Below, one piece after another: positions 45,029 to 55,280 of a stretch of DNA of 64,000 nt. The notes beneath the pieces are model-generated. The model worked only from the letters and a program-made list of their open reading frames with translations. It was not told where the DNA came from and ran no database searches. The stretch spans positions 15,309 to 79,308 of the forward strand of contig CALTTS010000011.1 in NCBI GenBank assembly GCA_943912265.1. Direction: 5' to 3'. The stretch comes from an uncultured Xanthomonas sp. (GTDB lineage Bacteria; Pseudomonadota; Gammaproteobacteria; Xanthomonadales; Xanthomonadaceae). Every line of letters starts with the position of its first letter. The stretch's first letter is position 1. The translations under genes and the position numbers were made by a program.

Positions 45029-47206
45029 TCAGGCAGGCAGCAGCTCGAACTGCACCGCCTCGCCGGCCGTGCACGAGGACGTGACCCACACGTCGAACAG
45101 GCCCGGCTCGGCCGCGAACACGCCATCCACGCCGGTGAAGGCCAGCGCATGGCGGTCGAGGGTGAACTCCACCTCGGCGCTCTGGCCCGGCTCCAGCAGG
45201 ATCTTCTGGAAATTCTTCAGCTCGCGCACCGGCCGCACCCGGCTGGCGACGCGGTCGTGCACGTACAGTTGCACCACTTCCTCGCCGGCCCGCTTGCCGG
45301 TGTTGGCGACGGTGACCGCAACGGTCAGTGCCTGATCCCACGCCAGCGATGGCGTGCTCAAGCGCGGCGTGCCGTATGCGAACGTGCTGTAGCCCAGGCC
45401 ATGGCCGAACGGATACAGCGCCGCGTTCGGGATTTCGCGCCAGCGGGCCTTGAATTCCTTCATGTCAGGCAACTCGGGCCGGCCGGTGCGCGGGTGGTTG
45501 TAGAAGAACGGCTGCTGGCCCGGTGCCATCGGGAAGCTCACCGGCAGGCGCGCGGACGGGTTGTAGTCGCCGAACACCACGTCGGCGATGGCATGGCCGT
45601 TCTGGCTGCCCAGGAACCAGGTGACGAGGATCGCCTGCGCCTCGCGCACGGCGCCTTCCAGCGCCAGCGCGCGACCATTGCGCAGCAGCACCACGACCGG
45701 CGTGCCGGTGGCGGCCACGGCTTCGGCCAGCGCCTGCTGCGCGGCGGGCACGTCGATGCGCACGCGCGACTGCGCCTCGCCGCTGAAACGCTGCGGCTCG
45801 CCGATGGCCAACAGCACCACGTCGGCGGCGCGCGCGGCGGCCACTGCCGCCTCGATGCCGGCGTCGATCGCGGTTTCGAATCCACTGCCGTCGACCACCG
45901 CCAGTTCCGCGCCCTCGCCCATCGCCGCGCGCAGGCCGGCCTCCAGGCTGACCCGGCGGTCCGGGTCGCCGAACAGCGTCCACGGGCCTTCCACATTGGC
46001 GGTGTCGCGCGCGAACGGACCGATCAACGCGATCTTCTGCCCGTGCTTGCGCAGCGGCAGCAGCGGGCCGTCGTTCTTCAGCAGCACGATCGAACGCCGC
46101 GCGGCATCGCGGGCCAGCGCGGCATGCTCGGCATCGAGCGCGGTGTCGGCTTCGCGGGCCGGGTCGAGCGAGCGGTATGGATCGTCGAACAGACCGATGG
46201 CCTCCTTGGTCCACAACACGCGCCGCACCGCATCGTCCAGCATCGCCATCGGCACCTGGCCATCGGCGACCAGCGCCGGCAGATGGTCTGCGTAGAAGCC
46301 GCTCTGCATGCTCTGGTCCAGGCCGGCGGTGAAGGCCTTGAGCGTGGCATCGCGCGCATCGGCGGCGTAGCCGTGGGCGATCAGCTCCATGTCGGCGGTG
46401 TAGTCGGACACCACCAGCCCGGGGAACTGCCATTCCCCGCGCAGCAGGTCGGTCAGCAGCCAGCGGTTGGCGCTGGCCGGCACGCCGTTGATGTCGTTGA
46501 ACGAAGACATCACCGTGATCGCGCCGGCATCGAAGGCCGCCTTGAACGGCGGCAGGTGCACGTCGCGCAGGGTCTGCCCGGAAATGTCCACGCTGTTGTA
46601 TTCCATGCCGGCCGCCACCGCGCCGTAGGCGGCGAAATGCTTGGGCGTGGCCAGCAACGCATCGGCAGCGGCCAGGTCCTCGCCCTGGAAACCGCGCACG
46701 CGGGCGGCGGCGAACGCGCAGCCCAGCACCACGTCCTCGCCGGCGCCCTCGGCCACCCGGCCCCAGCGCTGGTCGCGGGCGATGTCCACCATCGGCGCGA
46801 AGGTCCAGTGGATGCCGGCGGCGGTGGCCTCCACGGCGGTGGCGCGCGCGGTGCGGTACGCCAACTGCGGCTCGAAGCTGGCCGCCTCGGCCAGCGGAAT
46901 CGGAAACACCGTGCGCATGCCGTGAATCACGTCGGCCGCGAACAGCAGCGGGATGCCGAGCCGGGTTTCCTCGACCGCCACGCGCTGGATCTCGCGGCCC
47001 TGCGCCGCGCCGACGCCGTTGAACAGCACGCCGACGTGGCCGGCGCGCACCTGTTCCAAGGTCTGCTCGGCGTTGCGCGCGTTGGCTTCCGGGTTCACGT
47101 CCGGGGCGAAGGGCCGGACCATGTCGGCGAACACGCCGAGCTGGCCGACCTTCTCCTCGACGGTCATGCGGGCGATCAGGGACTCGATACGGGGGGAAGA
47201 CGGCAT
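45029..47206 (-). CDS. Glycoside hydrolase family 3 (periplasmic beta-glucosidase/BglX-like)
   Basis: GH3 N-terminal domain with the catalytic Asp region (GLVVSDY) and a C-terminal domain. 725 aa. Confidence 0.9.
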   Translation of the reverse strand: MPSSPRIESLIARMTVEEKVGQLGVFADMVRPFAPDVNPEANARNAEQTLEQVRAGHVGVLFNGVGAAQGREIQRVAVEETRLGIPLLFAADVIHGMRTVFPIPLAEAASFEPQLAYRTARATAVEATAAGIHWTFAPMVDIARDQRWGRVAEGAGEDVVLGCAFAAARVRGFQGEDLAAADALLATPKHFAAYGAVAAGMEYNSVDISGQTLRDVHLPPFKAAFDAGAITVMSSFNDINGVPASANRWLLTDLLRGEWQFPGLVVSDYTADMELIAHGYAADARDATLKAFTAGLDQSMQSGFYADHLPALVADGQVPMAMLDDAVRRVLWTKEAIGLFDDPYRSLDPAREADTALDAEHAALARDAARRSIVLLKNDGPLLPLRKHGQKIALIGPFARDTANVEGPWTLFGDPDRRVSLEAGLRAAMGEGAELAVVDGSGFETAIDAGIEAAVAAARAADVVLLAIGEPQRFSGEAQSRVRIDVPAAQQALAEAVAATGTPVVVLLRNGRALALEGAVREAQAILVTWFLGSQNGHAIADVVFGDYNPSARLPVSFPMAPGQQPFFYNHPRTGRPELPDMKEFKARWREIPNAALYPFGHGLGYSTFAYGTPRLSTPSLAWDQALTVAVTVANTGKRAGEEVVQLYVHDRVASRVRPVRELKNFQKILLEPGQSAEVEFTLDRHALAFTGVDGVFAAEPGLFDVWVTSSCTAGEAVQFELLPA

Positions 47207-47277
47207 GGGGGTGGCCGGAAAACGATTCCAGCCATTCTAGCCAAGCCCCGCCGCGGCCGCCGCATCCCTGTTCAGGT

Positions 47278-47514
47278 TCAGGCGCGCAGCGACGCGGGCG
47301 ACGGCATCAGGCCGCGGCGGGCCAGCATGGCGTCGAGCCGCCTGCGGGCATCGGCGCGCCGCGCCGGGCCGGCGGCCGCCATCGCGCGCACCGCCTCGCC
47401 GACGAACCAGCGCCAGAACAGGCGCTGCGGCAGGCACACGCGCAGCAGCGCCACCTGCCGGTCGAGCCAGCGCAGGCGGCGGTCGAACTTCGATTCGGCG
47501 CTCGTCGCGGCCAC
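47278..47514 (-). CDS. Small hypothetical protein (78 aa, GTG start)
   Basis: ORF immediately upstream of the GH3 gene. Arg/Trp-rich; no recognised family. Confidence 0.2.
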   Translation of the reverse strand: MAATSAESKFDRRLRWLDRQVALLRVCLPQRLFWRWFVGEAVRAMAAAGPARRADARRRLDAMLARRGLMPSPASLRA

Positions 47515-47595
47515 GGGACAACCCCTGAATGGAACCCGCGCACAGCCTAGGCCCGCAGCATGTCCGGAAATTGTCGGACCGGCCGCGGCCGGCCC

Positions 47596-48456
47596 TCAGT
47601 CCTGCTGGCGCTTCGGGTCCGCGGCGGCCGGGGTTTCCACCGGCATGGCCGGCGGATCGAGCAAACTGGACGCCGGAGCGGGCGCAGGCGCCGTGCCGGC
47701 CGCGGCCGGGGCCGCCGTCACCGGGGCCGGCGCGGCATAGGGCATCGCGCCCGGCACCGCCGGCGAGAGCATGTACGGGGACGCGCCGCCCGGCGCCACC
47801 GAATACGCCGGCACCATGATGACCTGCGGCAGGGTCGCGGCCTGCGGCTGGGCCGGGGCCTGCGCGGCCGGGACGTTCGGCGCCGGCGGCAGCGGCTTGC
47901 CCGGGCTGGTCGCCGGCAGGTAGTGCTCCACCAGCTTGAAGAACTGGCCGTAGAACGAGGCGCTCTGCACGGTCTGGCTGGCGACCTTGACCAGCGAGTC
48001 GTCGGTGGAGCCGATCGGCAGCGACAGCGAGCCCAGCGCGCTGACGCCGACGCTGGCATTGGTGTTGCTCTTCTTCAGCGCGTAGCGGTCCTGCAGCGCG
48101 CTGACGAACATCCACGCATGGCCGTCGTCCTTGGACACGCAGGACACGTGCACCTGCACCTGCTCGTGCACGTCCACCGTCGGCTGGAAGTTCTTGGCCG
48201 CCTCGACCGAGTCGGCATCGGCATGCGCCACCACGTAGGCCTGGCTCAGCAGCGCGCGCCGCGCCGCCTCGCAGGCCCAGGCCGCGCTCACGTCGAAGGT
48301 CTGCGAATAATTGTTGCTGACGCTGAACGACTCGTCCGTCTCCGGCATCTTCTTGCTGCTCCGGTGCAGCAGGCTGCCGGCGGCGCTGCACGAGGACAGC
48401 GCGAACATCGACACGGCCAGCACGGCCAGGGCGGGAATCGAACGGGTGGACGGCAT
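47596..48456 (-). CDS. Hypothetical lipoprotein with Pro/Ala-rich C-terminal tail
   Basis: Lipobox FALSSC, a ~150-aa globular region, then a low-complexity PAPA-rich tail. Confidence 0.5.
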   Translation of the reverse strand: MPSTRSIPALAVLAVSMFALSSCSAAGSLLHRSSKKMPETDESFSVSNNYSQTFDVSAAWACEAARRALLSQAYVVAHADADSVEAAKNFQPTVDVHEQVQVHVSCVSKDDGHAWMFVSALQDRYALKKSNTNASVGVSALGSLSLPIGSTDDSLVKVASQTVQSASFYGQFFKLVEHYLPATSPGKPLPPAPNVPAAQAPAQPQAATLPQVIMVPAYSVAPGGASPYMLSPAVPGAMPYAAPAPVTAAPAAAGTAPAPAPASSLLDPPAMPVETPAAADPKRQQD

Positions 48457-48644
48457 GGGGATGTAAACGGATTCAGGACCCGCCAAGCATAGCGCCCCGG
48501 CCCCGGCCGGCACGACCGCCACCTGAACGGTGCGCGCCGGCCGCGCCCGCCTCAATTCCCGGCCCGGCCCGCCGATACGAAGGCACCGCCGCTGCTCCAT
48601 ACTCGTCCGGCCCCGCATTGCGGGCCGGTTCCGGAAAATCCGCC

Positions 48645-50408
48645 ATGTCCGACCCGAACGACGACCCGCTCTCCATCGCCAACCTCGGCCGGTGGCTGGG
48701 CCGTCGCCGCACCCCGCCGCCGGCCCCGACGGCGCGGCAGGGCACCGGGCGCCCCGAGCAGGCGATCTCCTCGGCCGCGCTGACCGCCCTGTTCGCCCAT
48801 GCCGGCGCGCCGCTGGAACTGCTGCGCGCCTTCGCCGCCGGCATGCGCGGCCTGCACGGCGAGCTGGGCGACATGGGCGAGCGCCTGGAAATCGCCTACG
48901 CGCGCGAGGACTGGCCGGCCTACGGCCGCGCGATGCGGCAGCTGATCGACAAGTACGTGCGCACCGTCGTGCTGGAGCGGCCACAGGGCGACGACGCCCG
49001 CAACGAACCCGAGCAGCTGCGCGACCTGCTGCGCGTGGCCGTGGGCGTGGCCCTGCCGTCGCTGCTGGAGGACCAGCCCGAACTGGCCGCCGAGGCCCAG
49101 GCCGCCGACGCCGCGCTGGCCGGGTGGCAGCCCGGTGCCGGCCTGGACGGCCTCGCCCGCGACCTGAAGTCGCTCGCCCAGCGCATCGACGTGCGCAACC
49201 GCGACGCCGGCCGCCGCGATTTCGCCGACCTGCTGCGCACCCTGCTCGGCACCGCCCTGCTGCCGCTGCTGGAAGGCGTGCCCGACCTGGCCGCCGAGGC
49301 GCGCCGGCTCGACGCGGCACTGGCCGAGTGGCAGCCGGGCGCCGACCTGGACGGCATCGTCCGCGGCGTCCGCTCGCTGGCCCAGCACGTGGACATCCGC
49401 GCGCACGAGGGCGACGAGCAGCGCGACCTGCTGATCGACCTGTTCGACCTGCTGCTGGAGAACGTCGGCGAACTGCTCGACGACAACAGCTGGCTGCACG
49501 GCCAGATCGACGCGGTGCGCGACCTCATCGCCAGGCCGGTGGAGCGCGGGGACATCGAGGAGGCGCGCAACAACCTTCGCGAGGTGATCTACCGCCAGGG
49601 CCTGCTCAAGCAGGGCATCGCCGAATCGAAGACGGCGATGAAGACGATGATGACCACCTTCGTCGACAACCTCGACGGCATGGCGGCCAGCACCGGCGAA
49701 TACCACGACCGCATCACCGGCTATTCGCTGGCGATCCGCAACGCGCGCAGCGTGGCCGACTTCAACAAGCTGATCAACGAGGTGCTGCAGGACACCCGCC
49801 GCACCCAGGAACGGGCGATGCACGCGCGCGACGAGATGCGCGCCGCGCGCGAGGCGGCCGACGCGGCCGAGGCGCGCGTGCAGGAGCTGGAAGCCGAACT
49901 GCACCGGGTCAACGGCCTGATCCGCTGCGACCAGCTCACCGGCGCGCTCAACCGGCGCGGGCTGGAGGACCGCTTCGCCCGCGAGGCGCACCAGGCGCAC
50001 AGGCAGAACCAGCCGCTGAGCCTGGTGATGCTCGACCTGGACGACTTCCGCCTGGTCAACACGCGCTTCGGCCACCCCGGCGGCGACGCCGTGCTGCGCC
50101 ACCTGGTGGACATCGCCCGCAACACGCTGCGCGCGGCGGACACCGTGGCCCGGTTCGGCGGCGAGGAGTTCGTGATCCTGATGCCCAACGCCACGCTGTA
50201 CGAGGCCCGCGCCAGCGTGGCGCGCATCCAGCAGGCGCTGGCGCTGCGGCCGCCGCAGTTCGACGGCCAGCGCATCGCCCTGACCTTCAGCGGCGGCGTG
50301 GCCGAATGCCGCCCGGACGAATCGCTCGACGACCTGGTCAAGCGCGCCGACACCGCGCTGTACCAGGCCAAGCAGGCCGGCAAGAACTGCGTGGTCTCGG
50401 CCGGCTGA
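48645..50408 (+). CDS. Diguanylate cyclase (GGDEF domain) with N-terminal helical sensory/coiled-coil region
   Basis: C-terminal GGDEF domain with GGEEF active site and an RxxD I-site upstream. N-terminal repeats LAAEA..LDAALA.WQPGA.LDG. Confidence 0.85.
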   Translation: MSDPNDDPLSIANLGRWLGRRRTPPPAPTARQGTGRPEQAISSAALTALFAHAGAPLELLRAFAAGMRGLHGELGDMGERLEIAYAREDWPAYGRAMRQLIDKYVRTVVLERPQGDDARNEPEQLRDLLRVAVGVALPSLLEDQPELAAEAQAADAALAGWQPGAGLDGLARDLKSLAQRIDVRNRDAGRRDFADLLRTLLGTALLPLLEGVPDLAAEARRLDAALAEWQPGADLDGIVRGVRSLAQHVDIRAHEGDEQRDLLIDLFDLLLENVGELLDDNSWLHGQIDAVRDLIARPVERGDIEEARNNLREVIYRQGLLKQGIAESKTAMKTMMTTFVDNLDGMAASTGEYHDRITGYSLAIRNARSVADFNKLINEVLQDTRRTQERAMHARDEMRAAREAADAAEARVQELEAELHRVNGLIRCDQLTGALNRRGLEDRFAREAHQAHRQNQPLSLVMLDLDDFRLVNTRFGHPGGDAVLRHLVDIARNTLRAADTVARFGGEEFVILMPNATLYEARASVARIQQALALRPPQFDGQRIALTFSGGVAECRPDESLDDLVKRADTALYQAKQAGKNCVVSAG

Positions 50409-50480
50409 GCGCGGCCTGCACCGGCGGCGGCGAAGGGCCGCGATGCCCGCGGCGGAGACGGCGAGGACGCCGACCGCCGG

Positions 50481-50504
50481 ATGCCGCCCTGCACCCGGCG
50501 GCAT
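50481..50504. terminator. Hairpin between convergent GGDEF and M1 peptidase genes
   Basis: ATGCCGCC-ctgcaccc-GGCGGCAT. Confidence 0.25.
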
Positions 50505-50538
50505 GTGACGAAGCCCGGCATCGCCGGTCCCGGAAGGC

Positions 50539-52290
50539 TCAGCCGCCGGCCGCGCCCTTCTTCGCGGCGGCTTCGGCCGCCTTGCGCCGCGCCGCGGCGT
50601 CCTCGCGCGCCTCGGCGAAACGCAGCTCTTCGCGCAGCAGCTTCGAATCCGGGTCCAGCGTGTACAACGCGCCGGCGGGCAGATCGACGTGACCGCGGCC
50701 GTCGCGCATCGGCACCGTCACCGTGTGGCCGGCATTGCCGCCGATGCGCACATCCACCGGCACCGGGAACGGGCCGTCGCCAGGCACCTGCCAGCGCAGC
50801 GCCAGGCCGGTGGCATCGCGTTCGGCCAGCAGCTGCGGCAAGGCGGCGTGGCGCAGGTACACGTCGAAGAACCAGCCGTAGTCCTTGCCGGCGACGCGGT
50901 TGACGATGTCGACGTAGTCCTGCGTGGTGGCATAGCGCGGCGCGAAGTGGCCCGGCCGCGGCGTGTCGGTGCCGTAGACCAGCTCGCGGATGCTGCGGAA
51001 GAAGGCGGCATCGCCGACCAGCCCGCGCAGCATGTGCAGCATGTACGAGCCCTTGTAGTAGATGTCGTTGCCCGGGCCGTTGTCGGCGTTGTAGACGCCC
51101 TCCTCGGTCATCGCGTGGCCGCTGACCATCGGCACCTTGTTCACCACCCCGGCGCGCTGGTCCAGCAGCGCGGCGCGGTAGTCCATCTCCCCGCGCAGGT
51201 ACTGCAGGTACAGCGGCTGCATGTAGCTGCCGAAGCCCTCGTGCAGCCACATGTCGTCCCAGTCGGCATTGGTGAGCTGGTTGCCGAACCACTCGTGCGA
51301 GAACTCGTGCTGCAGCAGCCAGTCGTAGCCGTACTTGTCGCGCCTGTAGCCGTTGCCGTAGGCGTTGACGGTCTGGTGCTCCATGCCCAGGTGCGGGGTC
51401 TCGACCACGCCCATCTTCTCGTCGCCGAACGGGTAGGGGCCGATCACGCCCTCGAAGAAGTCCAGCATCTTCGGGAATTCGGCGAACAGCTTCTGCGCCT
51501 TCTCGCGGTTGCCCTTGAGGTACCAGAACGCCAGCGGGACGGTGTTGCCGTAGCGGCTGCGGTATTCGCCGGACAGTTGCTCGAACGGGCCGACGTTGAG
51601 GGTGATGGCGTAGGTGTCGGGCTGGCGCGCGCGCCAGTGCCAGGTGCGCCAGCCGTCCTGCTCGCGCATGTCCACCAGCACGCCGTTGCCCGGCGCCACC
51701 AGCGGCGCCGGCACGGTGATGCGCTCGTCCACCCGCGCCGGCTCGCCCGTGGGATGGTCGATGCACGGCCACAGCAGGTCGCAGCCCTCGCCCTCCACCG
51801 CCGTGGCCACCCACGGCTCGCCGCCCGGCGCGGTGGCCCAGACGATGCCGCCGTCCCACGGCGCGTGCCGGGCCTCGTGCGGGTTGCCGGCATAGACGAT
51901 GCGCAGCGTCACCGCCTTGCCGGCCGCCAGCGGCCGGGGCAACGCCACGCGCATGCGTCCTTCCGGGTTGCTCCAGGCGCCGGGTTCCAGCGCCCGGCCG
52001 TCCACCTCGACCCGGCTCACCACGTAGTTGCGGTCCAGGTCCACCACCAGCGCCTGCAGTGGCGCCTTGGCGCGGAAGGTCAGCACGGCATCGCCTTCCA
52101 GGCGCTTGCCGGCCGGGATCAGCTTGAACGACAGGTCGGCATGCTCGAACGCCACCGCCGCCTGTTCCGGCGCCAACGGCCGCCCGCTGTCACGGGTGAG
52201 CGCAGTGAGTTCGGCCTGATCGGCCGCCAGTGCCGGGCCGATGGCCCAGGCCAGCAGGAAGAGGGACGTCGGCAGGGAAAGACGGGACAT
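50539..52290 (-). CDS. M1 family zinc aminopeptidase (secreted)
   Basis: Signal peptide. HEXXH-(18)-E motif (HEFSHEWFGN...LHEGF) and a GAMEN-like segment. Confidence 0.85.
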   Translation of the reverse strand: MSRLSLPTSLFLLAWAIGPALAADQAELTALTRDSGRPLAPEQAAVAFEHADLSFKLIPAGKRLEGDAVLTFRAKAPLQALVVDLDRNYVVSRVEVDGRALEPGAWSNPEGRMRVALPRPLAAGKAVTLRIVYAGNPHEARHAPWDGGIVWATAPGGEPWVATAVEGEGCDLLWPCIDHPTGEPARVDERITVPAPLVAPGNGVLVDMREQDGWRTWHWRARQPDTYAITLNVGPFEQLSGEYRSRYGNTVPLAFWYLKGNREKAQKLFAEFPKMLDFFEGVIGPYPFGDEKMGVVETPHLGMEHQTVNAYGNGYRRDKYGYDWLLQHEFSHEWFGNQLTNADWDDMWLHEGFGSYMQPLYLQYLRGEMDYRAALLDQRAGVVNKVPMVSGHAMTEEGVYNADNGPGNDIYYKGSYMLHMLRGLVGDAAFFRSIRELVYGTDTPRPGHFAPRYATTQDYVDIVNRVAGKDYGWFFDVYLRHAALPQLLAERDATGLALRWQVPGDGPFPVPVDVRIGGNAGHTVTVPMRDGRGHVDLPAGALYTLDPDSKLLREELRFAEAREDAAARRKAAEAAAKKGAAGG

Positions 52291-52422
52291 GCGCGCGGGC
52301 CGGTATGGAATCGGCACCAGCATCGCAGCATCGGCCCGGTCACGGCATGGACCGTTGGTCACGCCGCGGCGTCCCGGCGGCCTGCCGCACCCGTCCCGGC
52401 GCGCGGCAGGCCGGGCGCCGGC

Positions 52423-53070
52423 TCACTTCGACGACGTCTTCGCCTTGGCGATCTTCCTGGCCGCCTTCTTCACCGCCTTCTTCGCGATGGCCTTCTTCGC
52501 GGCGACCTTGGCGATCGCCTTCCCGGCCGTCTTCTTGGTCGCGGCCTTCTTGACGGCCACCTTCTTCTCGACCTTGAGCACCGACTTCTTCACCGCCGCC
52601 TTTTCCACGGCGATCTTGCGGGCGGCCTTCTTCTCGACGGCCTTCACCGTCTTCTTCGCCGCCGCCTTCTTCGCCGCGGCCTGCTTCTTCAGCGCGGCCG
52701 CTTCGGCGCGGGCATTGGCGCTGGCGGCGGCCAGCTTCTTCCTGGTGTCGGCGACGGTCTTCTCGGCCGCCTTCTTCACCGTGGCCGCCTTCTTCGCCAC
52801 CACCTTCTTCGCCTTGGCGACTTCGCTCTTCACCGTCTTCTTCGCCTTGGCGATCTCGGCCCTGGCCTTCTTCGTCGCCTGGCCGGCGGCCTTCTTCGCC
52901 CTGGCCACGCCGGTCTTCACCCGGGAGCGTGCGCGGGTCGTGGCGTCCTTCACCGTCTCGATGGCGGTGCCGGCCTTCTCGACCGCGGCCTGGCCGAGGT
53001 CGTCGGCGGTTTCCTTCACGCTTTCCACGGCGCCCGTCAGGGTGGCCGTCACACCGTTTCCATTGCTCAT
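52423..53070 (-). CDS. Lys/Ala-rich histone H1-like nucleoid protein (AlgP/Hc1-like)
   Basis: 215 aa, about 30% Lys and 30% Ala, with AKK/KKA repeats after a ~35-aa unique N-terminus. Strong RBS GGAGGG. Confidence 0.6.
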   Translation of the reverse strand: MSNGNGVTATLTGAVESVKETADDLGQAAVEKAGTAIETVKDATTRARSRVKTGVARAKKAAGQATKKARAEIAKAKKTVKSEVAKAKKVVAKKAATVKKAAEKTVADTRKKLAAASANARAEAAALKKQAAAKKAAAKKTVKAVEKKAARKIAVEKAAVKKSVLKVEKKVAVKKAATKKTAGKAIAKVAAKKAIAKKAVKKAARKIAKAKTSSK

Positions 53071-53400
53071 CAGACCCTCCTTCGGGCGTCGGTTGCTGCG
53101 CACAACATTGCGGAACGAAACGTCTGGATGCGGTGACGGCCATGTCGGCGCTGCATGCCCATCCCTTGGGCCGGAGCGACGGCCGACATCAAGATGTAGT
53201 GGCCGATGCGGCGGACGCTAGCGGTGCGCACCGGCCGTGTCAATCGCCCGGCAGGGCGCCGCCGGCGGGGCACTGCCGGCGCGTGCTGCCGCCTCGCCGG
53301 CCGCTTTCACTGCCGGTTAAATCGCGGCGCGGCAGACTCGTTCAGCCAAGTGAGGCCGGCGGCCTCGCTCCCGGCCCCATCCCTTGCCCGACCGACTCCG

Positions 53401-54828
53401 ATGACACGCCTGCGTCCGCTCCCGACCCTGCTCGCCCTGACCTTCGCGGCCGCGTTCGGCGGTTTCGCCGCCACCGCGATCGACCACGTCCTCGACAACC
53501 GCGCCGAAGCCGCGCCCGCGGCGGCCGTGCCCGCGCTGCCGCCGGTGGCGGACGGCACGCCGGTGCCGTCGCTGGCGCCGATGCTGCAGAAGGCGATGCC
53601 GGCGGTGGTGAGCATCAACACCAAGCAGGTGGTGCGGGTGCGCAACCCGTTCTTCAGCGACCCGTTCTTCCGCCGCCTGTTCCCGGACATCCCGCAGGAG
53701 CGCATCAACGAATCGCTCGGCTCGGGCGTGATCATCGACGCCGCCAAGGGCTACGTGCTGACCAACCACCACGTCATCGACAACGCCGACGACGTGCAGG
53801 TGACGCTGGCCGACGGACGCAGCTTCAAGGCCGAGTTCATCGGCTCGGACGCGGACACCGACATCGCCCTGATCCGCATCCCGGCCGAGAAGCTCACCGC
53901 GATCACCCTCGGCGACAGCGGCCAGCTGCGGGTCGGCGATTTCGTCGTGGCCATCGGCAACCCGTTCGGCCTCACCCAGACGGTCACCTCGGGCATCGTC
54001 TCGGCGGTGGGCCGCAGCGGCATCCGCGGGCTGGGCCTGCAGAACTTCATCCAGACCGACGCCTCGATCAATCCCGGCAACTCCGGCGGTGCGCTGGTGG
54101 ACCTGAAGGGGCAGCTGGTGGGCATCAACACCGCCAGCTTCAACCCGCAGGGCAGCATGGCCGGCAACATCGGCCTGGGCCTGGCGATCCCGTCCAACCT
54201 CGCCCGCAACGTGGTCGAGCAGCTGCTGAAGAACGGCACCGTGGTGCGCGGCACGCTCGGCATCGAATCGCAGAACCTCACCCCGCAGATGGCCCGGGCG
54301 CTGGGCATGGACGCGCCGCGCGGCGCGCTGGTGACGCGCGTGCTGCCCGGCTCCGGCGCGGCCGCGGCCGGGGTGCGGACCGGCGACGTGGTGCTGGCCG
54401 CCAACGGCCAGCGCATCGACAGCGCCGAGTCCCTGCACAACTACGAAGGCCTGCAGGACGTGGGCGGCACGGTCACCCTGGACGTGCGCCGCGACGGCAT
54501 GCCGCTGACGCTGAAGGCCACGCTGAAGGCCCAGCCCAAGGCGGTGGCCGGCGACACGCTGGACCCGCGCCTGGCCGGCGCCACCTTCGCCGACCTGCCC
54601 GAATCGCTGCGCCAGTCCGGCCTCAACGGCGTGCTGGTCAGCGACGTGGCGCGCGGCAGCCGCGCCGCCGCCAACGGCCTGGCCGCCGGCGACGTGGTGC
54701 TGGCCGCCAGCGCCGGCGAGTTCGCCGACCTGGCCGCGTTCGGCGCCAATTTCGCCGGGCAGGCGCCGCGCCCGCTGGTGCTGCGCGTGCTGCGCGGCAA
54801 CGCCGCCGGCACCCTGACGATGAACTGA
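53401..54828 (+). CDS. Periplasmic serine endoprotease DegP/DegQ (MucD-like), two PDZ domains
   Basis: Catalytic triad context (TNHHVI, DIALI, GNSGGAL) and two PDZ domains. Confidence 0.9.
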   Translation: MTRLRPLPTLLALTFAAAFGGFAATAIDHVLDNRAEAAPAAAVPALPPVADGTPVPSLAPMLQKAMPAVVSINTKQVVRVRNPFFSDPFFRRLFPDIPQERINESLGSGVIIDAAKGYVLTNHHVIDNADDVQVTLADGRSFKAEFIGSDADTDIALIRIPAEKLTAITLGDSGQLRVGDFVVAIGNPFGLTQTVTSGIVSAVGRSGIRGLGLQNFIQTDASINPGNSGGALVDLKGQLVGINTASFNPQGSMAGNIGLGLAIPSNLARNVVEQLLKNGTVVRGTLGIESQNLTPQMARALGMDAPRGALVTRVLPGSGAAAAGVRTGDVVLAANGQRIDSAESLHNYEGLQDVGGTVTLDVRRDGMPLTLKATLKAQPKAVAGDTLDPRLAGATFADLPESLRQSGLNGVLVSDVARGSRAAANGLAAGDVVLAASAGEFADLAAFGANFAGQAPRPLVLRVLRGNAAGTLTMN

Positions 54829-54907
54829 AACGCGCCGCGGCGCTAACATCGCCTGCACCGGCCGCATGGTATTGCTGGCTTCCCAATCCGTCGCAAGGAG
54901 AACCACG

Positions 54908-55276
54908 ATGAGCCTTCCCACCCACGGCGATCAGTTCAAGGACAACCTCGGCGAAGCCGGCAGCCACCTGAAATCGGCCGCCTCCGCGGCCGGCGAAGCG
55001 CTCAAGGGCGCCACCGGCGCGGCCGGCGACGAACTCAAGCTCGGCCGCGCCAACGTCAAGGCCGAGCTGGCCGACAGCGCGCTGGCCGGGCTGGCCGCCG
55101 CCGAGGAAGGCGCGGCGGTCGCGCGCGAGCAGGTGGACGCGCTGGTGGACAAGGGCAAGGACCTGATCGACAGCGCCGCCGAGCTGATCCGCGAAAAGCC
55201 GCTGGCCGCGTTCGGCGTGGCCTTCGCCGCCGGCTGGCTGATCTCGCGCCTGACCCGCGGCAACGGCGACAAGTAA
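54908..55276 (+). CDS. ElaB/YqjD/DUF883 family membrane-anchored protein
   Basis: C-terminal anchor PLAAFGVAFAAGWLISRL with a helical N-terminal region. RBS AGGAGAA. Confidence 0.7.
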   Translation: MSLPTHGDQFKDNLGEAGSHLKSAASAAGEALKGATGAAGDELKLGRANVKAELADSALAGLAAAEEGAAVAREQVDALVDKGKDLIDSAAELIREKPLAAFGVAFAAGWLISRLTRGNGDK

Positions 55277-55280
55277 GCGC

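Noticed and set aside
53104-53400. SigmaE-type promoter (GGAAC…TCTGA) upstream of degP.
   Set aside because: GGAAC and TCTGGA occur but with 6-nt spacing instead of ~16.
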